DNA of 64,000 nucleotides from a virus (Duplodnaviria; Caudoviricetes). The notes beneath the pieces are model-generated. The model was not told the DNA's origin, did not search any database, and worked only from the letters and a program-made list of their open reading frames with translations. Numbering within the stretch: position 1 is the stretch's first letter; each line of letters begins with the position of its first letter. Shown piece by piece: positions 17,544-25,896 of the stretch. Where the stretch lies: positions 1,950 to 65,949 of IMG/VR virus record IMGVR_UViG_3300032038_000073. One strand, written 5' to 3'. The position numbers and the translations under genes were made by a program.

Positions 17544-17762
17544 TTATCTGTAGCTTTCCGGGTACGCAATGTAGTTTTCGGCGGCACTAAAATAAACTTC
17601 GCCGGTTTCGTTGCTGACAATTTCCTTTGTGCATGGATCGGAAACTAACAGTGAAAAAATATCTGTTGTGTAGTCGGCGGATGTGCCGTTCTTGAAAGTT
17701 GCGGTGATGCTTTCGGCGGTAGTTGTGCCAAAAATGGAATTGATGAACATATCTCTTGACAT
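17544..17762 (-). CDS. small hypothetical protein
   Basis: 72 aa, AAAGGAG RBS; EIVSNETGEVYF. Confidence 0.55.
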   Translation of the reverse strand: MSRDMFINSIFGTTTAESITATFKNGTSADYTTDIFSLLVSDPCTKEIVSNETGEVYFSAAENYIAYPESYR

Positions 17763-17806
17763 TTTTTGTTGCTCCTTTCGTTTGCCGTTTCTGCCTTATT
17801 GACGAT

Positions 17807-17850
17807 ACCCTCCGCAGGTGTCGGGCCTGCCTTGCGTCCTCCGGGAGGGT
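17807..17850 (-). ncRNA. tRNA top-half-like element
   Basis: 7-bp ACCCTCC/GGAGGGT stem stacked on GCAGG-CCCGACA-CCTGC. Confidence 0.45.
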
Positions 17851-17858
17851 CAAAAGAT

Positions 17859-18257
17859 TTAAAACTCGGTGATTGTAACATGGCCTCCGGTCCTGGTGGC
17901 CTTTGCTGTATAAAGCAGGCTCCCGACTCTTGCGCCGTATGCGTTCATGTCGTTGTCGTATTCGCCATATTTGGCAAATATTTTTAATTGGTTTGCGCTG
18001 ATCGTATGCTGTCCGGCTCCGAAAGACTGAACAAATTTAATCATCCAGTCGTTTCTTACTGCCTTAAATCTAAGTGCGGAGTACTCCGACCATAATTTAT
18101 TTGTAATCGCAAAATATTCATCGAAAATCCTGTCTTCTTCGGACTTGTATTCTTCGTCTGTCAAGCTGTCCGGGATAGCATCAAGGGCCTTTTCTCTTTC
18201 GGCTCCCTTTGCTTTGATCGTGGCAAGTAGGGTCTTGCGCTTGTCTGCTTTTGTCAT
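17859..18257 (-). CDS. hypothetical protein, first gene of leftward early operon
   Basis: 132 aa, AAAGGAG RBS. Confidence 0.6.
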   Translation of the reverse strand: MTKADKRKTLLATIKAKGAEREKALDAIPDSLTDEEYKSEEDRIFDEYFAITNKLWSEYSALRFKAVRNDWMIKFVQSFGAGQHTISANQLKIFAKYGEYDNDMNAYGARVGSLLYTAKATRTGGHVTITEF

Positions 18258-18307
18258 GCTGTACTCCTTTCCAATACATTGTTTTTGGTGTTCCCTTTGA
18301 TGATTCT

Positions 18308-18336
18308 ATATTATCAAACAATCACGTTATTGTCAA
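18308..18336 (-). promoter_or_regulatory. sigma-A promoter, paralogue of the 15315 promoter
   Basis: TTGACA-17-TAATAT; 21/23 identity with 15322-15344. Confidence 0.75.
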
Positions 18337-18435
18337 GCACAAATTACACTAAATTTAAAAAATTTGTTGTCGGGCTTTGGTGGGCGTGGTATAGTATGGA
18401 GGAAGTCAAAAACAGAAGAATTGGAGGTCTGAAAA

Positions 18436-18645
18436 ATGCTTGTATATAAGTTCGATGTTTTGGAGATGCTTAAAGAAGAGGGCTACAATACTACACGCTT
18501 ACGTCGGGAGAAAATTATATCTGAATCATCTATACAGTATTTAAGGGAGGGAAAACCGATCGGGCCTATTGTTTTAGATACTCTCTGTAGGCTGTTGGAC
18601 ATGCAGCCGGGCAATATATTAAAGTATGTAGAAGATGATAAATAA
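18436..18645 (+). CDS. Cro/C1-type HTH regulator
   Basis: GYNTTRLRREKIISESSIQYLREGK...LCRLLDMQPGNILKY. Confidence 0.85.
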   Translation: MLVYKFDVLEMLKEEGYNTTRLRREKIISESSIQYLREGKPIGPIVLDTLCRLLDMQPGNILKYVEDDK

Positions 18646-19106
18646 TGGTGCTGTGCGTCCCTGGGTGGGGCTGTAAGGGGCTTTTATCCTGGGAGACAAG
18701 GAAACATACATATAATATAGTAGACTCTTCTTAGGGCGTTTTAGGGCTGTCGGCTTTTGTCGGCGGTCCTTTTTTATTCTTCCGGGGAAGTCTGCCGGGA
18801 TCCTGCCGGTGGCGTGGCGTTCTTCCCCTGGGCCGGGTCCAGCTTTTCCGGGCTGATCCATGCCGGGGCCGGGGACGCTGAGACGGTCCGCAGGGGCTTT
18901 CAAAGTCGGATATACATTTATAAAGGCCGGGGGCGTTCCGGGCCGCCTGGGGCTTTCAGGGGCGTTCTATGGCCTTTTGTGCCGGGCTTGCCTGTCTGCC
19001 GGGGGTGTCTGCCTGTCTGATAATGCACAATATATAGTGTACAAATTGCACAAAAATGAGGCCTGTTTTTCTACGTGATTCTATCCGGATAAATACAATA
19101 ACGTTA

Positions 19107-19135
19107 TTGCAAAATGATTAAATATGGTGTAAGAT
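19107..19135 (+). promoter_or_regulatory. sigma-A promoter
   Basis: TTGCAA-17-TAAGAT. Confidence 0.65.
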
Positions 19136-19263
19136 AAAGTTACCTTAAAGAAAGAGGTACGGACCCGGGCGGCATGGGGCGGGGCTGAGATTGAAAAATC
19201 CGGCTCGGTTTCATCCGGGAGAATAACAAACGATCTGATAATAAAAAATGGAGGATATAAAAA

Positions 19264-20475
19264 ATGAGTAACAGTTATTACATTGCCAACCGTGAGACGG
19301 AAAAGCTCGAACTGCATTTCGAGAAAGCTGATTATATCGCACTGAGCGACGATCTGAAAAATGAAGTGAGAAGCAACTTCCTGTGGGGCCGTAATTCCGG
19401 ATGCTGGATTTCCCGTTGCAAGGAGCCCAACCTGGGCTATGCTCGCAGGGTTGCGGAAAAGCTCGGACTGGAAAACGCAGGCGCAACCGGTGACCGGCTG
19501 ACGATGGCTGAAAAGATCGAGGTCAAGGTCGCCAAGGCTGAAAGAAGGGCGGAACGCTACGACAACCGGGCAGATGCAGCAGAGGCAAGAGCGGAAGCAT
19601 TACAGAAGCCAATTAATGACATGCACGGCGACATTGCATTTTTCACTCAGCCCAACATCAACACTTCTTCCGGCCGGGCTTTCACTCGCAGGCGTGAAAA
19701 GATGTGGGCCTCATTTGAAAAGGGGTTTGAGGAGTTTCACAAGAGCGCATATTACAAGGACAGAGCAAACGCTGCAAGAGTGACCGCCGCCCAGGGCAAC
19801 TTAAAAGACCCGGCATTTCTTGAAAGAAGAATCAAAGAGCGGGAATCTTCAATCAAAAAGGTTCAGAAGAACGCCGAAGACGCCGAAAAGATACTTGAAA
19901 GAGTGGTTGCCGGTGAAACGGTTAAAACTTGGGGCGGGGAGCAGATCACTACAGAAAAAGCGGAGGAGAGCTTTAATTACTATCTGGATCGTGTTGAAGT
20001 CCTTTTGGATGAACTCGGATTTTATCAGGATTGTTTGGAGGCGGTCGGCGGCATCAAGTTCTCTAAGGCGACTGTAAAAGTTGGCTATATTGTCAAGGTT
20101 GCCCGCTGGGGCGTGTGCGAAGTCCTTTCAACCGGTCCAAAGAATTGCGTAATTAAAGTTGCATCTGCCCAGGGTTTCCCGCTTACTGTCTCCTATGCAG
20201 AGATAACCGAGATCGTAAAGGCAGAAGAGAAAAAAGCGGCGGCGCATCCGTTCAAGGTCGGGGAAAAGTTCACATATACTCGTTGGAACTCTGAAAAGCA
20301 CGACAGCGAAGAAGTAACAGCCGAGATTATCAAAGCAACTGATAAAACTGTCACACTGAAAGTTGGAGACGAAAAGCCGTTTAGCAAAAAGCCGACAGTC
20401 TCAAAATTCAACGGAGATTGGGTGCTTGCCCTTTCTGATTGGCGAGGTGGCATCTTCTACAAGAAAGCGGAATAA
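19264..20475 (+). CDS. DUF3560-like protein
   Basis: AERRAERYDNRA...IAFFTQPNINTSSGRAFTRRREK...EEFHKSAYYKDRA. Confidence 0.7.
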   Translation: MSNSYYIANRETEKLELHFEKADYIALSDDLKNEVRSNFLWGRNSGCWISRCKEPNLGYARRVAEKLGLENAGATGDRLTMAEKIEVKVAKAERRAERYDNRADAAEARAEALQKPINDMHGDIAFFTQPNINTSSGRAFTRRREKMWASFEKGFEEFHKSAYYKDRANAARVTAAQGNLKDPAFLERRIKERESSIKKVQKNAEDAEKILERVVAGETVKTWGGEQITTEKAEESFNYYLDRVEVLLDELGFYQDCLEAVGGIKFSKATVKVGYIVKVARWGVCEVLSTGPKNCVIKVASAQGFPLTVSYAEITEIVKAEEKKAAAHPFKVGEKFTYTRWNSEKHDSEEVTAEIIKATDKTVTLKVGDEKPFSKKPTVSKFNGDWVLALSDWRGGIFYKKAE

Positions 20476-20482
20476 AAAATTA

Positions 20483-20520
20483 ACCGGGGGCCGGGGCTGA
20501 TCCTGGTCCTCGGTTTTTTA
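20483..20520 (+). terminator. rho-independent terminator
   Basis: GC-rich hairpin plus T6. Confidence 0.7.
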
Positions 20521-20538
20521 AGCTTCCGCAAATAACCC

Positions 20539-20567
20539 TTGACAATACACTAAATATAGTGTAATAT
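20539..20567 (+). promoter_or_regulatory. sigma-A promoter with palindromic operator ACACTA-N4-TAGTGT
   Basis: TTGACA-17-TAATAT; inverted repeat at 20547-20562. Confidence 0.8.
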
Positions 20568-20616
20568 ATAATCAAGAAATGAATTTAATCCTATATAATG
20601 CAGGAGGTAAAAAACC

Positions 20617-21285
20617 ATGAAAAGATTCATTATTAAGTATCAAGTATCTGCAAACTTGTTTTCTTTCCGGGCTGTTATGGCTGACAGTGAAGAAGAGGCC
20701 GCCAACATCTGGAACTCCTCACACAATGAAAAAATCGAAGAAGTACATGCCGCAACCGCAGCGGATCGGGGGCTTGGCCTTGGCTACTATACCGAGGAAG
20801 AAGAGGCCGGTATTAAAAACAATCTCAACGCCAAAATGAAGAAAACGCAGGCCGAAAAGGACGATATAAAGCGCAGGCTGTCCAGGTACACGGCAGAAGA
20901 GAGAAAAGCCGAAAGCGCCTATAATGAAACGAGGAAGGGCGCAACGACAAATGAAGAAGGGGTTCATGTGGGCGATATTTTCTATATCTCTTGGGGCTAC
21001 GATCAAACAAACATTGACTTTTTCCAAGTTGTAAAGGTTTCCGGGAAACATACGGTAACATTAAAAGCGCTGGATGTGGTCGCCGGTCTTACATCGAGTT
21101 GGTCCGGGCTTACTCGCCCGATTCGGGACAGTTTCAGAAAGTCCCCCATTTACCCGGAAGAAGTCAGGGTAAGAACCAAAAACAGAGAATGGAACGGCCA
21201 CAAGTTATCACTGTTTTACATCAATGACCACGGCGCTGATCTTTATAAATTCGGGGATCTTATCGATTATTCAACCGGGGCTTGA
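20617..21285 (+). CDS. hypothetical mobile-element protein
   Basis: VGDIFYISWGYDQTNIDFFQVVKV motif. Confidence 0.65.
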   Translation: MKRFIIKYQVSANLFSFRAVMADSEEEAANIWNSSHNEKIEEVHAATAADRGLGLGYYTEEEEAGIKNNLNAKMKKTQAEKDDIKRRLSRYTAEERKAESAYNETRKGATTNEEGVHVGDIFYISWGYDQTNIDFFQVVKVSGKHTVTLKALDVVAGLTSSWSGLTRPIRDSFRKSPIYPEEVRVRTKNREWNGHKLSLFYINDHGADLYKFGDLIDYSTGA

Positions 21286-21346
21286 TATTAAATAGGACCG
21301 CGGGGCCGGTGTTGGGCCGGTCCCTGGGCGATAGGAGGGCGAGAAG

Positions 21347-21721
21347 ATGAAAAAGCGGTTATTGATAGATTGCCATGACGCTACTATTTACGGATTTAAA
21401 ACCGGGGATTTCCGGGAGGCGGACAATCTGGAAAAGTTGAACGATCAAGTCATTCGGGAGTTTTTCGCTGGGCTTGTCATTGGGGCTTATTCCGTGGTGG
21501 TCGTTAGGAAGTCTGAAAGTAGTGTTCATGTATTAACCAGGTCGGGCCGGGCGGGTGTTCCGGTGCAGGAAACAATGTTTTGTAAACTTCCTTGTGGGGA
21601 GTGGGTCGCAAATTGTCACGTAAACGTTAGAACCGCAAAAGACTGTGAAACCGGGGCCGGAAACGTATATATTTATGAGGCCGGGGAAGATGTGCCCGAA
21701 CTGGGAGAAATAGCTGCATAA
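21347..21721 (+). CDS. hypothetical protein
   Basis: 124 aa, AGGAGG RBS. Confidence 0.55.
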   Translation: MKKRLLIDCHDATIYGFKTGDFREADNLEKLNDQVIREFFAGLVIGAYSVVVVRKSESSVHVLTRSGRAGVPVQETMFCKLPCGEWVANCHVNVRTAKDCETGAGNVYIYEAGEDVPELGEIAA

Positions 21722-21736
21722 TAGGAGGGTGAGAAA

Positions 21737-21907
21737 ATGTATAAGTATGGGACATATAAGAATTACAACGGCGATACGATGGTTGTGTGGGTTGAAAATG
21801 AAAGCGACAAAACTATTATTGAATGGAATGGTAAAATGAAAAAGTTTGATACATTCGAGGCCGCTATTACAGTAGTTATTAAGACCGGCTATATTTATAC
21901 AAACTGA
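21737..21907 (+). CDS. small protein not in the ORF track
   Basis: AGGAGG RBS; 56 aa. Confidence 0.5.
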   Translation: MYKYGTYKNYNGDTMVVWVENESDKTIIEWNGKMKKFDTFEAAITVVIKTGYIYTN

Positions 21908-21933
21908 TCCGGGAGAACTGGACAGAAATAATC

Positions 21934-21964
21934 AGGGCTTGCCAATGGGCGGGTCCTTTTTTAT
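21934..21964 (+). terminator. rho-independent terminator
   Basis: GGGCTTGCC-AAT-GGGCGGGTCC plus T run. Confidence 0.7.
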
Positions 21965-22231
21965 TGGGCTACAAAGTGCGGGAAGTGTAGCCGAAAAACG
22001 AACAAAAAGAACAACTATTAGTGAATGGGTTGACAATGAAACAACTTTTGTGATACGGTTCCCACGACAGATAGGAACAGCCGTTATTGGTTGCCGGGTC
22101 CGATATGATGAGAATGGGCCGACGGGATGGCCAAAAATGCCTACTTGGGGACTTTGAAAAATGCTTTAAAATTTCGGGTGCTGTAAAGCCGATTAAAAGC
22201 CATATTAAGCCGTGAAAAGGGGGTATTTTTT

Positions 22232-22891
22232 ATGGGTCAAAATGACAGTATAGAGATACTTCCGGACGATCTCACGACATACGAAAACCGGATATTTCAG
22301 GCAGTGGAAGATTTCTGTTTATCGCAGAACATTGAATCCTTAAAGCAGGAACCGCAGAACGTTTTTACAGCTTGCCTTATGTACGTAAACAGGCAGGTTT
22401 TTAAACGCAAAAATCCGGGTATAAACAATCAAAAATCTGTGTTGAATCTTGACGATGTGGAACTATTAAGCGGGATAGCAGATATTTATATATATATTGC
22501 GACGCTTAATAATAAATCGTGTTCAATGCAAGATTTTTGTAGGATGGTTGGAATAGATTATCAAACTGTTTACAACTGGAAGAGTGATAGTATTAATAAT
22601 ATACTAAGTCAAAAACGGTTCGACATTTTCAAACGTATAACGGGTGCAAGAGAAGAAACATTGTCCAACATGTTACAGACCGCCAAAAGCCCCGTTGGAA
22701 TCCTGGGAATTTTAAACAGGCAATTCAACTGGAACCTTCCTGGAGTTAGTCGTGAGGAATCAAAACCAAGGTTGAGCCGGTCCGACATGCTGCAAGGCTT
22801 AGACGCTTTACCGGTCAAACAGGAACCCGCTGCCGGTGGCGTTGTAGAAAGTAGCCAAATCCCACAGCTACCCGAAACCGAAAACGAATAG
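22232..22891 (+). CDS. terS: terminase small subunit
   Basis: CRMVGIDYQTVYNW HTH; C-term PVGILGILNRQFNWN; upstream of the packaging module. Confidence 0.7.
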   Translation: MGQNDSIEILPDDLTTYENRIFQAVEDFCLSQNIESLKQEPQNVFTACLMYVNRQVFKRKNPGINNQKSVLNLDDVELLSGIADIYIYIATLNNKSCSMQDFCRMVGIDYQTVYNWKSDSINNILSQKRFDIFKRITGAREETLSNMLQTAKSPVGILGILNRQFNWNLPGVSREESKPRLSRSDMLQGLDALPVKQEPAAGGVVESSQIPQLPETENE

Positions 22892-23475
22892 TCGGAAATG
22901 GGTTAAAAAGTGGGGCGGAGATACGGTATTCCGGACCAATCTATACCACAAACTGCGGTTTGTTGCATAGACTGAATCCTTTTACTGTAAACGGTCATTA
23001 TCAGACGATTTAATGCTCGTAAAGGCCGGTGGTTGTTCGATTAGTCGGACTGTCCGTTGCGGTGAATCCCTGTTCCGCCGTGGTGGGTTTTAGTGGGTGC
23101 TGAAATATGCTATTCTCTCATTGCCTGTTCTGTTAATCCTTGTTAATAGATATAGATTTATAGTCATTGTGTAAACAGTGATAAACAATTTATTCTGCTC
23201 GGTAAAGGGTAAACAGACGGTATAGGGGTATAGTCAGAAGGTAGAAGTAGAGTAGTTAGTCCCCAAAATATTCTCCAAAAGAAAAAGGGCTACTACCACA
23301 CACATAATATTCTACTCACTAACATGTCATATAGCATTTACCTAACAGTCTTTCGTTACCTGTTTACTGATCCGGGTTTTATTTTTACCCTGACAGTCAG
23401 CTAAAAGCGAAAATAGCGATAGCTAAAAGCTAAGTTTCACTTGCCCAATAGCCTGATAAGTGGTTAAATATAGCC

Positions 23476-23991
23476 ATGGTTATGAATTGCGTGTACTTCA
23501 TCACCGATGGTGAATTTATAAAAATCGGCATAGCGTCAGACCTCGATAGACGGCTCTCTCAGCTACAGACTGGAAATCCCAGGGAGTTGAGGGCCCTGTA
23601 CATCATCGAGTGCCATGATATGAGTGAGGCTCGGTCACTTGAGACTTATCTTCACCAGCGGCTTCGTGATCGTTGCGTGCTGAATGAGTGGTTCACCTTC
23701 GACCGTGACGCTATTATGGCAGCGGTCAATAGTGCCGGGTATCGCCTTAGATACATGTCGCCTGTTCCTCAAAACATTTTCCGTGTTCACTGGAGGTTTT
23801 GTGCTATGAACGCCGTGAAAGAGGTCGTAGAGATTGCCGGAGCAATGGTCGTTGGCGCTTTCCTGACTAACGTTCCGATTGTCGGTGAAGCCCTGCGGTT
23901 CCTCAGTGAAAGTCCCCTTACCCTGGGCGTGGCTATCGGTGCCGTGGCTGTGGTAATGCTCGTTGATTCTTCTCGGAGACGGAGGGGCTGA
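23476..23991 (+). CDS. T5orf172/GIY-YIG-domain protein with C-terminal TM helices
   Basis: VYFITDGEFIKIGIASDLDRRLSQLQTGNP...LETYLHQRL...NEWF, then two hydrophobic helices. Confidence 0.75.
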   Translation: MVMNCVYFITDGEFIKIGIASDLDRRLSQLQTGNPRELRALYIIECHDMSEARSLETYLHQRLRDRCVLNEWFTFDRDAIMAAVNSAGYRLRYMSPVPQNIFRVHWRFCAMNAVKEVVEIAGAMVVGAFLTNVPIVGEALRFLSESPLTLGVAIGAVAVVMLVDSSRRRRG

Positions 23992-23994
23992 CTG

Positions 23995-24351
23995 ATGCCT
24001 TGCAAGTTCGAGCTTGATAACAAGAGAGTGCTTGTTGACGGCGTAGAGGTTCCTTATGTTCGCCGTGTCGATGTACACGTTGCGGTCGGTGAGGTTCCTA
24101 CAGCAGAGATTGAAACACTTGCTCTTCCTGGCTGTTTGACGCTTGATGACACTAACATCAACATCAAGGCCAACATTGCCACGATACAACAGGCTTGTGC
24201 GGTTCTTCTCGCTGAGTATCGCAATGACGCTGATTTTCGTAAGGCGGTTATTGACAGCATAACTGATGTGACTGCTGATAGGGAACTTTCGGAGCGGATA
24301 GCTGACAGGCTGTTCGACATGGAGACTGAGTATGCTGATAGCGAGGAATGA
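23995..24351 (+). CDS. hypothetical protein
   Basis: 118-aa coupled ORF. Confidence 0.55.
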   Translation: MPCKFELDNKRVLVDGVEVPYVRRVDVHVAVGEVPTAEIETLALPGCLTLDDTNINIKANIATIQQACAVLLAEYRNDADFRKAVIDSITDVTADRELSERIADRLFDMETEYADSEE

Positions 24352-24808
24352 GATTTTAAATCCGGTCATCAGGGTAAAGTACCATATTCCCGGAATGCCT
24401 GATATTAGACAGGCTCATGATGGTGAGTGGTATGACCTGTACACCGCTGAACGTGTTGTGATGCACCAGGGCGATTACCGGTTGATCTCGTTGGGTGTCT
24501 CCATTGAGTTGCCTGCCGGGTATGAAGCCATAGTTGCTCCTCGCTCTTCAACGTTCAAAAGGTATGGCGTAATTTGTCCTAACTCCATCGGCGTAATTGA
24601 CCATGCGTACAAGGGAGACAATGACATTTGGCATTTCCCGGCGTACTGCTTGCGGTTGCCTGATGGACAATCGGTTTGCGAAATACCGCAGTTTACAAGA
24701 ATTTGCCAGTTCCGCATCATGCGTCAGCAACCCGACTGCGAGATTATTGAGGTCGAGCGGTTGGGAAATCCTGATAGAGGCGGTATCGGTTCGACTGGCA
24801 GAAATTAA
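24332..24808 (+). CDS. dut: trimeric dUTPase
   Basis: DLY, PRSS, GVIDHAYKG, RICQ, RGGIGSTG motifs. Confidence 0.92.
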   Translation: MLIARNEILNPVIRVKYHIPGMPDIRQAHDGEWYDLYTAERVVMHQGDYRLISLGVSIELPAGYEAIVAPRSSTFKRYGVICPNSIGVIDHAYKGDNDIWHFPAYCLRLPDGQSVCEIPQFTRICQFRIMRQQPDCEIIEVERLGNPDRGGIGSTGRN

Positions 24809-24911
24809 CTGGTGATTGCTTTCATTGCGGTTCTTCTTCCCTTCTGCCTTGAAAGTTCATCATACATGTTCTCCTGTGTGCGCTGACAGGCCGCATTGTA
24901 GTCTGTCGCAT

Positions 24912-24987
24912 TGCAGGATAGAGAAGTTCGGTCAATCTCGCAAGGCTCATAACCTTGAAATCGGGGGTTCAAATCCCTCTCCTGCGA
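24912..24987 (+). tRNA. tRNA-Met (CAT), initiator-like
   Basis: TGCAGGA/TCCTGCG acceptor, CAAGG-CTCATAA-CCTTG, GGGGG-TTCAAAT-CCCTC; no encoded CCA. Confidence 0.9.
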
Positions 24988-25102
24988 CTGCCGGGAACCA
25001 CCGTAAACCGGTTACGATGGCGAGACGGCAACGGTTGTGTGAAGCGCAACACATAACCAACTGCCTGTGACGAAAAATAGCGAGTGAACCGCTATAGCAG
25101 GC

Positions 25103-25167
25103 TCCCTTGCATCGTCTAATTGGGAAGGATAGGTACAAGGTGCGGGTTCGAATCCTGCTGTAAGGGA
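25103..25167 (+). ncRNA. tRNA-like RNA lacking the anticodon arm
   Basis: 9-bp TCCCTTGCA/TGTAAGGGA, D arm GTCTAATTGGGAAGGAT, 11-nt linker, GCGGG-TTCGAAT-CCTGC. Confidence 0.65.
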
Positions 25168-25254
25168 TAATCATGGGGGCATCTGGTTCGTTTTTTGCGC
25201 CAGGTCTGTCATCTGCCTGGTGATTTTTGTCAGGCCGGATGTTTACCGGGGTGA

Positions 25255-25304
25255 GGTCTAATAGCTATTAGCTGTTAAGAGAGGTTCGGTACTCTCGTTA
25301 GGCC
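25255..25304 (+). ncRNA. tRNA top-half-like element
   Basis: GGTCTAAT/GTTAGGCC stem, AGCT hairpin, GAGAG-GTTCGGTA-CTCTC. Confidence 0.4.
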
Positions 25305-25463
25305 GCTTGGAGCAGTGTACTCCTTTCATTTCTTACCTCCTGTGACATTGATATGCACAATGTTGCTACCGGGTTTATGCCTGTACCCGGACCGACAAAC
25401 AGGCACGACTTTGTTTCTATTAACCCTTCATAAAAATATAAAGAAAGGAATTTCCGGCCTAAT

Positions 25464-25667
25464 ATGGATTTTAAGAAGGCACTCCCCTTTGCGGTTGCGC
25501 TAATCGTTGCCACTATCGCACTTGGCGTACCGCTGACATTTCTTGTCTGGATTTGTCTCAAGGCAATGGGCTTTGATTTTGCGATTCGTCAGGTCGTTGG
25601 GGCGGAAGTCCTCTACACCATATTCCTCTACTGGACATGGAGCTTCATTGAAGCGTTGAAGAAGTGA
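25464..25667 (+). CDS. small membrane protein
   Basis: Two TM helices. Confidence 0.55.
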   Translation: MDFKKALPFAVALIVATIALGVPLTFLVWICLKAMGFDFAIRQVVGAEVLYTIFLYWTWSFIEALKK

Positions 25668-25896
25668 GGGGTGATGAAGTGACAGAAGTAGAGATTGCTG
25701 AGAAAATCAGACAGGCAGCGGTCCTTATGGCTAATGCTATCAAGAACGGCTATGATGTGACGGTCCGAACCTCAAAAGATGGGGTATCTGTCTACAAAGA
25801 TAAGCGGACGAAAATTTTATAATAAGGCATCTGGCCTACGCAAGTGGGCGTGGGTAGCAGTGAAGAGGCACTTTCTGAGAAGGAGGTGTCTCTTTT

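Noticed and set aside
19160-19200. GGGGCTGAGATTGAAA as a solitary CRISPR repeat (RNA anti-CRISPR)
   Set aside because: Only the ATTGAAA tail matches; no recognisable repeat stem; more simply a structured 5' UTR.
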